Origin: Bdellovibrionales bacterium
GTDB lineage: Bacteria > Bdellovibrionota > Bdellovibrionia > Bdellovibrionales > CAYMLA01
DNA: 64,000 nucleotides
NCBI GenBank assembly: GCA_965217115.1
Contig: OZ244239.1
Location: 1,952,001 to 2,016,000 of the forward strand
Reading direction: 5' to 3'
Below are positions 1 to 11,327 of the stretch, in pieces. Both the position numbers and the translations under genes were made by a program. Under the pieces are notes generated by a model. It saw nothing but the letters and a program-made list of their open reading frames with translations. It searched no databases and was not told the origin of the DNA. Each line of letters begins with the position of its first letter. The stretch's first letter is position 1.

Positions 1-2238
1 TACTTCCTCGATCGTCCAGATGTGATGTCATTGTATAAAACGGTAATAACTGCGGATAAAGAAAAGTACCCTGTCTTGTTATCCAATGGGAATTTGCTAG
101 AAGAAAAAACTTTGCAGGGAGGTCGCCATCAAGTTGTGTGGGAAGACCCTTTTAAGAAGCCTTGCTATCTTTATGCACTTGTGGCTGGGGACATGGGCAT
201 GATTAGAGGTGCGTTTGTAACAAAGAGTGGGCGCCATGTAGATTTACGTATTTATAGCAATAGAGGAAACGAAGATCGTTGTTCTTATGCGATGGAGTCT
301 TTGCAGCGTTCAATGAAGTGGGATGAAGAGCGCTTTGGCTTAGAGTATGATTTGGATATTTATATGATTGTGGCAGTGAATAGTTTTAATGCAGGAGCGA
401 TGGAGAACAAAGGGTTGAATATTTTCAATGCGAGCTATGTTTTGGTAGATTCGCAGACAGCGACAGATAGTGATTTTCGCAATGTAGAAGCTGTGGTAGG
501 CCATGAGTATTTTCATAATTGGACTGGAAATCGTATTACGTTGAGAGATTGGTTTCAGTTAAGCTTAAAAGAAGGACTAACGGTGTTTAGAGATCAGGAG
601 TTTGTCTCTGACCTCCACTCTCGAAGTGTAAAAAGAATTGATGATGCGAAGCACCTGCGGAATAGCCAATTTGCTGAGGACGCTGGTCCGATGGCCCATC
701 CTGTGAGACCAGAGTCGGTGTTTTCTGTGGATAATCTTTTTTCATTAACGATTTATGAGAAAGGAGCTGAGCTTATTCGCATGCTTTATACTTTCTTGGG
801 GAGAGAGGGGTTTTGCCAAGGGATAGGTAAGTATGTGGAGCTTTACGATGGGCAGGCGGTGACGACAGATAATTTCATACATGCTATGGAGTTGTCTAGT
901 GGTCGTGAGTTTTCTCAATTTTGTCGTTGGTACAGTCAAGCAGGGACTCCAAAATTATCTGTTCAAGGTGATTATAATGAAAAGGATCAAGTCTATACAC
1001 TAGAGATGGAGCAGTCTTGTGAGTCCACTCCAGATCAACCGGGGGACTTAAAAGAACCTTTTTATTTTCCTTTATCAATGGGTCTTTTAGGGGAGGATGG
1101 CGAAGAGCTAAATTTAGTTATTAATGGTAAAAATTTAGGAAAAGAGGCAACGTTGACAGTTTCAGAGAGAAGGCATCTTTTTAAGTTTGAGGGTGTAAAG
1201 AGAAAACCTATCCCGTCTTTCTTAAGAGAATTCTCCAGTCCGATTCATTTAGAGTTTAATTATAGCGATGATGAGTTGAGTTTTTTAATGGTTCATGAAA
1301 AAGACTCTTTTGTTCAATGGGAGGCGATGCAAGAGTTGACCTTGCGTGTGCTTAGAGAAAAAGTCGATCCTCTCAGAGATGGAAGCGGGGAAACTGAGGC
1401 TTTGGCTAGTTATTTACAGGCTTATGGGGCCTTGTTAAAGAGAGAAGATTTAGATTTAGCTTATAAAGCACAGCTCATAGAGCTTCCGAATTTGAGTTAT
1501 TTAGCAGAGACAATTGGGTGGCATCATTTGGAGAGGGTCTGCGAAGCCAGAGTTTTCTTATCGAGGGCTTTATTTGAGATCTATGAAAGGTCCTTTTTGG
1601 ATATTTATAGCCGTTTAAATATTGTGAATGACTATGATTTATCTCACGCAGAGATAGGGCGTAGAAGCTTAAAAAAATGTTGTCTGCAGTTTTTATTAGA
1701 GGGATCGGAGAGTTACAATGCTCTTGGTGTAGAGCAATTTAAGAAAGCTAATAATATGACAGACAAATTAAGTGCTTTATCAGCGCTATCTCGTAGAGAG
1801 AGTTCTGAGGCTTCAAAACTGCGGGAAGAATTTTATAATGAGTACAAAGGTAAGCCGTTGGTTTTTAATAAATTTTTAAAAGTAGTGGCTCACGCTGAAT
1901 CTACGGGTTTAGATGAGTTAAGGGAAGTGGCAGAGCTTCCTGAATTTGACATGAATAATCCTAATTGTGTTCACAGTCTTTTCCATGGGTTTGCCTCTCA
2001 AAATATAAAGTCATTCCATAATGGGGATAATGACTGTTATGGTTTTTTTGTGAACTTAATCTCAGACAGAGATAGGGAAAATGCCCATGTCGGGTCTCGT
2101 TTGGCTTCGGTGTTTAATATATGGAAAAAATTGAGTATTGAACGCCAGGAAAGAATAGAGCCGCTGCTTAAAGGCCTTATTGATGGTGGCAAATTGTCAA
2201 GTAATAGCTACGAAATAATTTCTAAAAGTTTTCCGTGA
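1..2238 (+). CDS. pepN: Aminopeptidase N (M1 family), 5'-truncated by the window edge
   Basis: [12 protein letters not shown] and [11 protein letters not shown]...LKEG zinc motifs; frame is open from base 1 ([10 protein letters not shown]). Confidence 0.97.
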   Translation, partial: YFLDRPDVMSLYKTVITADKEKYPVLLSNGNLLEEKTLQGGRHQVVWEDPFKKPCYLYALVAGDMGMIRGAFVTKSGRHVDLRIYSNRGNEDRCSYAMESLQRSMKWDEERFGLEYDLDIYMIVAVNSFNAGAMENKGLNIFNASYVLVDSQTATDSDFRNVEAVVGHEYFHNWTGNRITLRDWFQLSLKEGLTVFRDQEFVSDLHSRSVKRIDDAKHLRNSQFAEDAGPMAHPVRPESVFSVDNLFSLTIYEKGAELIRMLYTFLGREGFCQGIGKYVELYDGQAVTTDNFIHAMELSSGREFSQFCRWYSQAGTPKLSVQGDYNEKDQVYTLEMEQSCESTPDQPGDLKEPFYFPLSMGLLGEDGEELNLVINGKNLGKEATLTVSERRHLFKFEGVKRKPIPSFLREFSSPIHLEFNYSDDELSFLMVHEKDSFVQWEAMQELTLRVLREKVDPLRDGSGETEALASYLQAYGALLKREDLDLAYKAQLIELPNLSYLAETIGWHHLERVCEARVFLSRALFEIYERSFLDIYSRLNIVNDYDLSHAEIGRRSLKKCCLQFLLEGSESYNALGVEQFKKANNMTDKLSALSALSRRESSEASKLREEFYNEYKGKPLVFNKFLKVVAHAESTGLDELREVAELPEFDMNNPNCVHSLFHGFASQNIKSFHNGDNDCYGFFVNLISDRDRENAHVGSRLASVFNIWKKLSIERQERIEPLLKGLIDGGKLSSNSYEIISKSFP

Positions 2239-2464
2239 TTTTTTGAATATAATTATGGGCTTTTTATGGGGGTGGGTGGGAATTCTCTTCTGGAGCTATT
2301 CCCTAATCCCATTGTTTTTATTGATAAAAGGGAGTTTGAAGGGGGAGGGGCTAAAAAATAACGCGTAGAGTCACAGGATTGAGCTATAGTTGGAGTTTTC
2401 ACAAAAAAAAATGTACTCTTTATACCTACTTTGCGAACCTTTTCTGGGGGAGCTAAGGGGGGTC

Positions 2465-3196
2465 ATGCTTAGATTTAGAAAATTGGAAACAGAGGCAGAT
2501 CTACAGGAATTCTGTGATAGTTACGGTCGTTCTGTTAGCAAGAGAATCGGCGAAAATTATCGCACCACCCTAGCTGGAGCGATGAAAAAGACGAAGGTCG
2601 TTGGGGTTTACCAGAACGGAGAGATGATTGGTGGTTATGCTCTGAGTAAAGTGCCCCACACAGCACTGGGCCTTCTCACTGAAGAGAATAAAAATAAAAT
2701 GAGAGAGATGGCACCTCTTGAGTCGTTCTGCGATTTAGGGAGTATTTGGAAAAAAAAGGGATTCTCAAAGTTTCTTTTTAAGAATATTGTCTGGCCTAGA
2801 ATTATGTTGGAGACTCTTTTCTTTTATCCTAGCAAGAAAAACATCATCGGTTATGTGGCGACAGGACATGGTCGAGCAGATGCCTACTTTCTTGCGAAGC
2901 CAGTCTATCTACAAAACTCAACTGTTACGGGTGAGGTGAATGTTTTTGTTTTAGATAGAAAAACTTTATTACTTGCTTTTTTGGCGGCCTTCCTCGTTGA
3001 GTCGTTTGTAAAACCTTTTAAGCGTTTAATAAAAAAAACCCACACTCCCCCAGAGAGCAAACAAGTTTTTAAACAGAATTTAGATTTCGACTTTAAGGAA
3101 GATAGCCAAAGAGATAAAGGTCGAGATAGAGATAGAGATAGAGATGTCCTTCCTCAAGAGGAAGGGTTTAAAGAAGATTTTAGTGATCTCACTTAA
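2465..3196 (+). CDS. Hypothetical protein, possible GNAT/acyltransferase-like fold
   Basis: ORF 2390-3196; ATG 2465 follows a G-rich SD. MLRFRKLETEADL N-terminus and VVGVYQNGEMIGGY strand pair resemble GNAT starts (weak). Confidence 0.55.
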   Translation: MLRFRKLETEADLQEFCDSYGRSVSKRIGENYRTTLAGAMKKTKVVGVYQNGEMIGGYALSKVPHTALGLLTEENKNKMREMAPLESFCDLGSIWKKKGFSKFLFKNIVWPRIMLETLFFYPSKKNIIGYVATGHGRADAYFLAKPVYLQNSTVTGEVNVFVLDRKTLLLAFLAAFLVESFVKPFKRLIKKTHTPPESKQVFKQNLDFDFKEDSQRDKGRDRDRDRDVLPQEEGFKEDFSDLT

Positions 3197-3884
3197 AAGG
3201 GAGTTTCTTCTCGAAATTTTCTCGGTTTTCTTTATTCTCTTTATTCCTGGTATTGTTTGGGGCATCACATTTTTATTTGCAATTCAGTCTTTCCAAGAAG
3301 CGCGATACGAGGCCCTTCTTCTTTTACCTTTTGTGGCCTCTTTAACCTGTATATTAGTGGTCTTTCTTTTTAGGCTTCTATTGCCTAAATTAAAGCCAGG
3401 AATTTATGACACCAAGACAGATTTAATGCCTGTTTTTTGGTATCTCCATATGTGTCTCAACAGAGGTGCTATATCAACAGGGCTTTTGTTTATTATCAGA
3501 AGTTCCAATATTTTAAAATATCTCCATTTAAAAGCTCTTGGTGCTAAAGTGGCTTATACTGCCAAGTACTCAATGGATTTGGTGATTTCAGACCCCTCCT
3601 TAGTTACTATAGAAAGTGATGTTGCTATAGGAGGGCAGTGTTTCATAGCTTCTCACCTTGTCATTGGTAGAAGACTTGTCTTAGGAAAGGTTCATTTAAA
3701 AAGAGGGGCCTTTATTGCTTATGGGAATGTGATCGCTCAAGGAACTGTTGTTGGAGAAAAAGCTGTCATTGGTATTGGGAATTATCTTTATCGAGATAAA
3801 ATTCCAGACAACGAGAAGCTTGGTCGTTTCGCTTGGTCAAAAGGGTCTCCTAAAGCTCGAGAAGCTACTGGACAAAAACCATAG
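3144..3884 (+). CDS. Membrane-anchored left-handed beta-helix (hexapeptide) acyltransferase-like protein
   Basis: Two N-terminal TM segments, then LGAKV...ISDPSLVTIESDVAIG...KVHLKRGAFIA...VIAQGTVVGEKAVIG hexapeptide repeats. Confidence 0.75.
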   Translation: MSFLKRKGLKKILVISLKREFLLEIFSVFFILFIPGIVWGITFLFAIQSFQEARYEALLLLPFVASLTCILVVFLFRLLLPKLKPGIYDTKTDLMPVFWYLHMCLNRGAISTGLLFIIRSSNILKYLHLKALGAKVAYTAKYSMDLVISDPSLVTIESDVAIGGQCFIASHLVIGRRLVLGKVHLKRGAFIAYGNVIAQGTVVGEKAVIGIGNYLYRDKIPDNEKLGRFAWSKGSPKAREATGQKP

Positions 3885-4130
3885 AAAATCTTATCAGCCC
3901 AGGCTTTATGGAATTCAATCAGCACGACAGATGAGTTGTTCACAATAAGTGCAGTCATTCAAAATAGCCTGACAGACTCCTATGAACCCCCTTGGGCTTT
4001 AGGAAAAGAACCTGACTCCGCCTTTGTTAACTATGGGTTTGGCCTATGATAATAAATGAAGTGACCTCTTTTAAGGGATGTTCTAGAATATAGCAGATTT
4101 AAACCTTTCTTTGCTGGAGTTGGAGGAATA

Positions 4131-5666
4131 GTGATCAAACTCTCTCAGATATTTATTCTTAGTTTCAGTGTATTTTTTCTTCAAACCTCTGTTGTTTCGG
4201 CTAATCTTTCTGGAGATGCTAAGGGGATTTTGAAGGTTTTGCCACAGAAAAAACTTACTTTAGACATGGTTCTTCAGCAGGGTCTGAACTCAGACAGTTT
4301 TGAAATCATTGGAGTTCAAGGATTGCAAAAGGAATTATTGAATTTTTCAAGAAGAGCCCCCCTGGCCGTGGGGTTTTCAGGCCGTATCGTCGAGGGGAGT
4401 GATAAATCGTCGCCCCATCGCCCTGGCTCATCTTACAACGCCCAGTCTCTAATAGGTGCTCTAAGTGTGAGTAAGGCTTTTTTATCAGGAACATCTCTCT
4501 CGTTGCAGTCTAATTATCAGAACATAGATTCTCGTTCCACATCCTTTCTAGGGCAAGGTGACGGAATCCACTCTCAGTATCATGAGAATAAAATTGTATT
4601 CAATCTAAGACAGGATTTGTGGAAAAATTCTTTTGGTTATGCCACGAGAAAATCTTTGGAATCCTTAGAGGTCCAAGAGAGAAATGTGACTAACGAAGTT
4701 TCTGTGAATATCGAGAATTGGGCCTATGAGCTCTTGCATAACTACTACAACACCTGGTTGTTTCAATCTAGAGTTAAGGTTGAGGAAGAAAATGATCAAC
4801 GGCAGAGGCGGTTGCGTAAAGTCACGAAGTTGAAACTTCAGAGGGGGACAGCCGAGAGACCAGATTTTTTACAGGCTAAGAGCGCTGAGAAAAACACTTA
4901 CCAAAATTTAAAGAGGGCAGAGCAGGATTTGGGCAATATGTGGCGTCATCTCGTTGTGACATTAAAATTCCCTGAAAAGTGGTTGGATATAGATCCGCTT
5001 TTAGTTTCCATAGAATTGGATGAACCTATTCCTCAAGCTGAGAGTTTTTGTCGACAACCACTTGATTTAGGTTCTAATTTAAAAATAATTTCTTTGAGGG
5101 AAAAATCTAAGGCGGCTCGGTTGAATCTAGCTGCGGCCAAAAACAAGCTATTGCCTGATGTTTATTTTGGACTAAAGCTGACATCTAATGGAGTTAAATC
5201 TGCAGATGGGGGTTATCCTCTTAAAGACTCGTTGGAGAATAAAAACAGGGGAGTGTTTGTAGAACTAGGTGTTTCTATTCCTATGGGCAATTATGAGAAT
5301 AAAGCAAACCTTGTTAGAGCGACGATGAGTGAAAGATCCACAAGATATAGTTTATCAAATATAGAGGGAGATTTGAAAATCAATTGGAAGGGTCAGTGTT
5401 TGAATTTAAAACGCTTGATAGAGAAGAGAGAAAAATTAAAATCAATCCGTATGATGCAAAAACAGAGGGTTGAATTAGAAGAAAAACGTTTTCGTGTGGG
5501 ACAGGTCGCTATATTTAATGTAATTCAGGCGGGCAATGACGCTGCCTTGGCAGATTTTTCGTTGAAACGATCAGAAGTAGAGGTGCGTTTATCTGCTTGG
5601 GAAATATTAAAAATGGGTGGAGAGTTGACGGCCCATCTTAAAAAATTGATGGGTAATAGAAAATGA
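4131..5666 (+). CDS. TolC-family outer membrane efflux protein
   Basis: Signal peptide, helical OEP-type repeats, EEKRFRVGQ motif; overlaps the RND gene (ATGA). Confidence 0.85.
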   Translation: MIKLSQIFILSFSVFFLQTSVVSANLSGDAKGILKVLPQKKLTLDMVLQQGLNSDSFEIIGVQGLQKELLNFSRRAPLAVGFSGRIVEGSDKSSPHRPGSSYNAQSLIGALSVSKAFLSGTSLSLQSNYQNIDSRSTSFLGQGDGIHSQYHENKIVFNLRQDLWKNSFGYATRKSLESLEVQERNVTNEVSVNIENWAYELLHNYYNTWLFQSRVKVEEENDQRQRRLRKVTKLKLQRGTAERPDFLQAKSAEKNTYQNLKRAEQDLGNMWRHLVVTLKFPEKWLDIDPLLVSIELDEPIPQAESFCRQPLDLGSNLKIISLREKSKAARLNLAAAKNKLLPDVYFGLKLTSNGVKSADGGYPLKDSLENKNRGVFVELGVSIPMGNYENKANLVRATMSERSTRYSLSNIEGDLKINWKGQCLNLKRLIEKREKLKSIRMMQKQRVELEEKRFRVGQVAIFNVIQAGNDAALADFSLKRSEVEVRLSAWEILKMGGELTAHLKKLMGNRK

Positions 5667-8600
5667 AATGGCTAATTGATTACTTTGCACGGCAGGGGAT
5701 TTTTTCCAATGTAATTACTTTTTTGGTATTTATTCTTGGAATTCTGTCATTAATAACAATCAATCGAGAGGCTTTTCCCAATATCAAATTTGATATGATT
5801 GTCGTGAACACGATCTATCCTGGAGCCTCCTCTGAAGAGGTGGAGAAATTGGTGACAAACCCCTTGGAGCAAGAATTTAAGAGTATTGACGGTGTAAAGA
5901 AGATAACTTCTGTTTCTATTGAGAGTCGCAGTTCTATTATATTGCAATTAGATCCGGATCAAACGACAGAGGAAGACGCGAGGCGTGACGTTCGAGAGGC
6001 ACTGGACCGTGTAACAGATTTACCGGCTGGAGCTGAGAATCCGTTGATTGTAGTTATAAATAGCAAGGTAACACCAACCATAGAAGTGACATTGAGTAGT
6101 AAGCCCAACAATCGATTGAGTGAAGATCAAATGAGAGAGCAGGTAAAACTTGTAGAGGAAAAGCTACATGAATTATCTGGTGTGAGTCGTATTAGCAGAA
6201 ATGGCTATAGAAAAAGAGAGATTAAAGTAAAAGCGAATCTTTTAAAGTTGCAAAGTTATCATATCTCTTTACAGGATTTAATAAGGGTACTGGGGGCGGA
6301 GAACTCTTCTATTCCAGGGGGTGTTTTTCAATCTAAGGTGACTGGTAAAAATATACTGATTCGAACAGTGGGTGATTTTTTAAATACGGATGATGTGGGC
6401 GACACAATTATTCGATCAAATGCTTTGGGACAGGTTGTTCGTGTAAGAGATGTTGCTAAGGTGAGCATGGGGTTTGAGGAAGCCAAGGTGATCTATCATT
6501 CTGGTGGCAAAAAAGCTATTAATTTAGTGATTTTTAAAAAAGATGGAGCCGATGCGATCGATCTAGTGAATCTTATAAAGCAAGAGCTTGATCAAGATAA
6601 AGCGAGTTTTCATAAGGGGCTAGAAGTTAATTATGTAAATGATCTATCCTATTACATTCGTCGTCGCTTGTCTGTTCTATCGAGCAATATGCTCATTGGT
6701 TTAGTGTTAGTATTGACTATTTTATCTTTTATTTTACCAGGGAGAGTGGCTTTAATCACTTCGTTGGGAATTCCATTTTCATTTTTTGCCACATTTCTTT
6801 ATTTTGGGAATATGGGGATATCATTAAACCTTTTGACCATGATTGGTTTAATTATTGTGGTTGGAATGTTAGTGGATGATGCCGTAGTTGTTACAGAGAA
6901 TGTGCAAAGATACGCAGAAAAAGGTTTGTCTCCTATGGATGCGGCGATTAAGGGCACTCAGCAAATATGGGCGCCAGTGACGGCCTCAGTGATGACAACA
7001 GTTGTGGCTTTCACGCCTATGCTGTTTATGTCTGGAATTACAGGGAAGTTCATGAAATTTATTCCCCTTGGAGTGATCTTAGCATTGCTTTTTAGTTTGT
7101 ATGAATGTTTTTTTATTTTGCCCCATCATCTGGCGAATTGGATAAAAAAGGGAGATTCTGAAAAAGCTCAACAGAGAAAACTGGTCAAGTGGTGGAATCA
7201 AAGAGCCATTCCTAGTTATGGGCATTTTATGAAAAAGGTGCTGGAGCGTCGCTATCTGGTGGTGTCGATTTCATTTGCATTGTTCTTGGCAACGATTTTT
7301 TTGGCGACAAGGATGACATTTATTTTATTTCCGGCAAGTGGGGTAGAGGTTTTCCAAATTCGCTTTGATGCTCCCCTTGGGACTTCGATGGATAAAACAT
7401 TGGAGATAATAAAGCCTATAGAAGCTATTGTGGCAAAATTAAGAAAAGATGAAGTAAAGAATTTTACAACTCAAGTAGGGCTTCAACAGGAGAATCCGAC
7501 TGATCCGAGTACAAAGCGTGGAGATGAGTACGGACAGATTAATGTTTATCTGACTCCAGCAACAAGTAGAGAGCGTCGAGCCGATGAGATTATTGATGAT
7601 CTAAGAAAGAGGGTAGGGAAAATACCTGGATTGGAGAAGTTGACGTATTCACAGAAACAGGGGGGGCCTCCTGTTGGGAAAGCTGTGAGTTTAGGTGTTC
7701 GGGGGAAGTCCTACCAAGATATTTTACCAGCGGTGGAATCGGTGAAGGCTTTTTTAAAGACAATTAAGGGGACTTTTGATGTTGATGACTCTTATTTGGT
7801 GGGTAAGTCAGAGTTACAGATAAAAGTGGATTCAGTGGAGGCGGCGGCGGCATCATTGTCTCTGGCCAGTATTGGTAACTCTGTTCGTGCGGCCTATGAA
7901 GGTGTGGTGGCAACGAGTATCCGTGAATTGGATGAAAAGATTGATGTTCGAGTCTCTCTGGAAAACCAAGAAAAAGACTCTAAATCATCTTTGATGTCCA
8001 TGCTCATTCCTAATCAAAGAGGAAACTTAGTCGCTTTAAATCGTGTGGCGCGTTTGGAGCACTCTGAAGGGGTAGCGCTCTATGAGCACGAAAACAATCA
8101 ACGTCAAGTGAAGGTGACGGCAGGAGTAAATGAGAAGGTAACAAGCTCTGGAGAGGTCAATAGTTTACTACGTTCTGAGTTGAATAATTTCCGTCAAAAG
8201 CACTCGAATGTTGATTATTTCTTTGGTGGAGAGGACCAAGATAGCAGAGATAGCATAGCTTCTTTGACGAAAGCATTTGTCATCGCTGCCATGGGTATTT
8301 TTATGATTCTAATATTAACTTTTAGAAATATTTTTCAACCTTTTTTAGTTCTTTTTGTGACAATTCCCTTGGGGATCATGACTGTGGTTTGGACATTTTA
8401 TCTCCATGGTCGTCCATTGACATTTTTAGGAATGTTGGGAGTTGTAGCGCTAGCGGGGGTGATTGTGAACAATGCCATTGTTCTGGTGTCGTTTATTAAT
8501 GAAGAGCGGAAAAATGGTGTAGACCGCTTTACGAGTATTGTTAACGGGGCTAAGATGCGTTTACGTCCGATATTTTTGACAACTTTGACGACTGTGGCGG

Positions 8601-8788
8601 GGATTTTGCCGACGGCCTACGGTTGGGGAGGGCTTGACCCTTTTGTGGTGCCGATAGCTCTTGGTTTGGGATGGGGTATTTTCTTTGGAGCATTTCTAAC
8701 AACGATTGTATTTCCAGCGAGTTTAGCGGTATTAGATGATATTCATATTCTTATAAATAAAAAACTCTCCCATATCTTTGGAATATAG
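5663..8788 (+). CDS. AcrB/AcrD/AcrF-family RND transporter
   Basis: 1041 aa; YPGASSEEVEKLVT, GMLVDDAVVVTEN and RLRPIFLTTLTT motifs. Confidence 0.96.
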   Translation: MKWLIDYFARQGIFSNVITFLVFILGILSLITINREAFPNIKFDMIVVNTIYPGASSEEVEKLVTNPLEQEFKSIDGVKKITSVSIESRSSIILQLDPDQTTEEDARRDVREALDRVTDLPAGAENPLIVVINSKVTPTIEVTLSSKPNNRLSEDQMREQVKLVEEKLHELSGVSRISRNGYRKREIKVKANLLKLQSYHISLQDLIRVLGAENSSIPGGVFQSKVTGKNILIRTVGDFLNTDDVGDTIIRSNALGQVVRVRDVAKVSMGFEEAKVIYHSGGKKAINLVIFKKDGADAIDLVNLIKQELDQDKASFHKGLEVNYVNDLSYYIRRRLSVLSSNMLIGLVLVLTILSFILPGRVALITSLGIPFSFFATFLYFGNMGISLNLLTMIGLIIVVGMLVDDAVVVTENVQRYAEKGLSPMDAAIKGTQQIWAPVTASVMTTVVAFTPMLFMSGITGKFMKFIPLGVILALLFSLYECFFILPHHLANWIKKGDSEKAQQRKLVKWWNQRAIPSYGHFMKKVLERRYLVVSISFALFLATIFLATRMTFILFPASGVEVFQIRFDAPLGTSMDKTLEIIKPIEAIVAKLRKDEVKNFTTQVGLQQENPTDPSTKRGDEYGQINVYLTPATSRERRADEIIDDLRKRVGKIPGLEKLTYSQKQGGPPVGKAVSLGVRGKSYQDILPAVESVKAFLKTIKGTFDVDDSYLVGKSELQIKVDSVEAAAASLSLASIGNSVRAAYEGVVATSIRELDEKIDVRVSLENQEKDSKSSLMSMLIPNQRGNLVALNRVARLEHSEGVALYEHENNQRQVKVTAGVNEKVTSSGEVNSLLRSELNNFRQKHSNVDYFFGGEDQDSRDSIASLTKAFVIAAMGIFMILILTFRNIFQPFLVLFVTIPLGIMTVVWTFYLHGRPLTFLGMLGVVALAGVIVNNAIVLVSFINEERKNGVDRFTSIVNGAKMRLRPIFLTTLTTVAGILPTAYGWGGLDPFVVPIALGLGWGIFFGAFLTTIVFPASLAVLDDIHILINKKLSHIFGI

Positions 8789-8882
8789 CCATGGCAGTTG
8801 TACTGATCAGATAGAGAGATATTAAGAGCACTCTTCTCCTGAAAGACTTGCATCCTTTTGGAGTGCCTGGCAATCTATTGTT

Positions 8883-10901
8883 ATGAGACTCCGTTTTTGT
8901 TTAATTACCGTGTTAGTCCTATTTTTAACGTCCTGCTTTTCAACTCTAAGTAAGAAGAAGGGCGATTCTGTCACTTCTCAAAAATTAGTTTCTAGTGAAG
9001 AACTAAAATATGAGAGTGTGACTTCTTTGAAAAAAAAATGTCATAGCCTTATTCCTGGAGCTTGTCTGCTTTATGGGAAAAAGCTCTTAAAGAGAGGGAA
9101 ATGGAGACAGGCCAAGAGTGCCTTTTTTAAAATGTGCCGACGGGAAGATTCTGAGGGTTGTGCTCAGTATGTGTTACTTGTTTTACTGGAGAAGCAAACG
9201 AAAAGCTTAGATCGTTTGCACAAAATTATAGACAGTCATTGCGTGGGGGGAGCCAAAGAGTCTTGCTATGCCCAGGGAAAAATTTTCCTCTTACAAGAGA
9301 AGAAAGAAGAGGCAATGAGACTTTTTAAGGGAGCTTGTGAAGATGAATTGGCGGTGGCTTGTTTGGAATTGGGTAGAGGCTACAGGGAACAGAAAGAATT
9401 TAGTGATGCTCAGATTTGGTTAAATCGAGGCTGTGACTACGAAGAGCCGTTGGCTTGTTTAGAGCTTGCCGAAATTTATGAGAAAGAGAATAAAAAGAAG
9501 AGTGCCATTGATTTTTATGAAAAGGCTTGTGAGCAGGGGGGAGATGAAAACTGTTTGCAAATGAGCCTTTTTCATATTCGCATGGGTGAGAGAAAACTAG
9601 CTCAAAAGGAACTAACTATTTCATGCAGTGCGGGCTTTGTGAGAGCTTGTGCCTATTTAGGAAAGAGCCTTTTGGCGGACAATCAGCAATCAAGAGGTGA
9701 GAAAATATTAAATGAAGTCTGTGGGGAAAAAGAGGTTCTAGGGTGTTTATTCCGTGGAATCTCCTTGGAGAGCCAGGGCCTTGGACAGAGATCAATGGAG
9801 TTTTATGAGAAATCTTGTAAATTGAACAGTGATGAAGGCTGTCAGCTCTTTGCACGGGCCTTGTCGTTGAGTCGTGATAAGAAGATGGTGACGAAGCTAG
9901 AAGAGTTCTGTCAGCAGGGAAGAGAGAGCTTTTGTTTAGGTTTGGGAAAGTTCTTTGAGAATTTAGGGCAAAATGAAAGTGCTGTTCTTGAGTATGATAA
10001 AATTTGTCAGAGGGGTGTTTTTAAGGGATGTTTGCGAAAAGCTGTTGTTTTAGAGAGTCAGGGTAAGGACGATGGGGTTGAAAAGGTTTACCAGAGGGGT
10101 TGTCAAAACGGGGACCTTGAGGCTTGTTCTTATTTGGGGAATAGGTATGAGAAGTCTAAAGATGTGGGAATTGCTGAATCGTTTTATAGAAAGGCTTGTA
10201 ATAAAAAAATAGCGATTGGTTGTGCTTACTTGGCTCGTTTTTATGAGCGTAGGGGCAATAATGAAGAGACGCAGAAGTATTACTTATTGGGATGCAAAGA
10301 GGGGTATGGAGTTGGGTGTTACCACTTGAGTTTAATTTATGGGAAAAAGAAGAAAAAGAGAGAGTCTTTGTCCTATGCTAAGAAAGGTTGTTATTATGGT
10401 GACAGTCTTAGTTGTAACTTAGTTGCGTTGAATTTACAGAGCAAGGGGGAGCATCAGGAATCTTTAGAACTATTTGAGAGAAGTTGTGCTAAAAACAATC
10501 TGGAAGCTTGCCGAGAGTTGGGTAAAATATATGGTTTTTTAGGTGAAGTGAGTAAGGCGAAGGAAGTTCTGGAGAAATCTTGTTTGCAAGAAGACACCAT
10601 GGCATGTCAGTTTTTGGGTGAACTTTATTGGAAGAACAAGAAATTAGATCAAGCGGGAAAGTATTACAAGAAGGGTTGTGATAAGAAAGGAGCTGTAAGC
10701 TGTACGAAATTAGGAGATTACTATGAAAAGATTGATAAGTGGAAGAAGTCCCATAAACATTACCATGAGGGCTGTCAGTTAGGAGATGCCATTGGTTGTG
10801 TGAATTATGCAATTAACCTGCGTAGTGAAGGGAATAATAAGAAGGCCAAGAAGTATTTCAAAAAAGCTTGTGATTTGGGTGAGACAACTTACTGCCAATA
10901 G
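8883..10901 (+). CDS. Cysteine-rich Sel1/Hcp-like repeat lipoprotein
   Basis: Lipobox-like FLTSC; many C-x7-C repeats such as YEKACEQGGDENCL and YKKGCDKKGAVSC. Confidence 0.88.
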   Translation: MRLRFCLITVLVLFLTSCFSTLSKKKGDSVTSQKLVSSEELKYESVTSLKKKCHSLIPGACLLYGKKLLKRGKWRQAKSAFFKMCRREDSEGCAQYVLLVLLEKQTKSLDRLHKIIDSHCVGGAKESCYAQGKIFLLQEKKEEAMRLFKGACEDELAVACLELGRGYREQKEFSDAQIWLNRGCDYEEPLACLELAEIYEKENKKKSAIDFYEKACEQGGDENCLQMSLFHIRMGERKLAQKELTISCSAGFVRACAYLGKSLLADNQQSRGEKILNEVCGEKEVLGCLFRGISLESQGLGQRSMEFYEKSCKLNSDEGCQLFARALSLSRDKKMVTKLEEFCQQGRESFCLGLGKFFENLGQNESAVLEYDKICQRGVFKGCLRKAVVLESQGKDDGVEKVYQRGCQNGDLEACSYLGNRYEKSKDVGIAESFYRKACNKKIAIGCAYLARFYERRGNNEETQKYYLLGCKEGYGVGCYHLSLIYGKKKKKRESLSYAKKGCYYGDSLSCNLVALNLQSKGEHQESLELFERSCAKNNLEACRELGKIYGFLGEVSKAKEVLEKSCLQEDTMACQFLGELYWKNKKLDQAGKYYKKGCDKKGAVSCTKLGDYYEKIDKWKKSHKHYHEGCQLGDAIGCVNYAINLRSEGNNKKAKKYFKKACDLGETTYCQ

Positions 10902-10919
10902 AGAAAGTTTAAGAGAGGG

Positions 10920-11192
10920 TTAGCCTGTTTTTTCTGTTTTCTTGTAGGTTCCACGGCGATATTGCTGGAGATTGGGATAATCGCAGATTTTCTTAGAGAT
11001 CATTTCAATGACCTCTTCTCTAAGGTCTTGCTCGATTTCGTTTAATGCAGATTCAACGATACCTCCTTGCTGCATAAGAAGATATATGTATTCAGTCACG
11101 ACGTGATGGATGAGTTCCTGTTCATGGTCAAATTTTATTTGAGAAGAATGGATGTGTTTGTCAAAAATTTGATAAAGAGGATCGTCGTTCAT
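10920..11192 (-). CDS. Small hypothetical protein (90 aa)
   Basis: Sole ORF filling the gap; natural helical composition. Confidence 0.7.
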   Translation of the reverse strand: MNDDPLYQIFDKHIHSSQIKFDHEQELIHHVVTEYIYLLMQQGGIVESALNEIEQDLREEVIEMISKKICDYPNLQQYRRGTYKKTEKTG

Positions 11193-11327
11193 TTGTCTAT
11201 TCTAACAAATATTTCCATTAAATGAAGGGCCAGGTAGGTTTTTATCTAAAAGCTGGCCTATGGTTTTTATTTTAATTTTTATTTGGTTTTGTGGCACTTT
11301 GAGGAGAAGTCCTTTATAATTAGTAAC

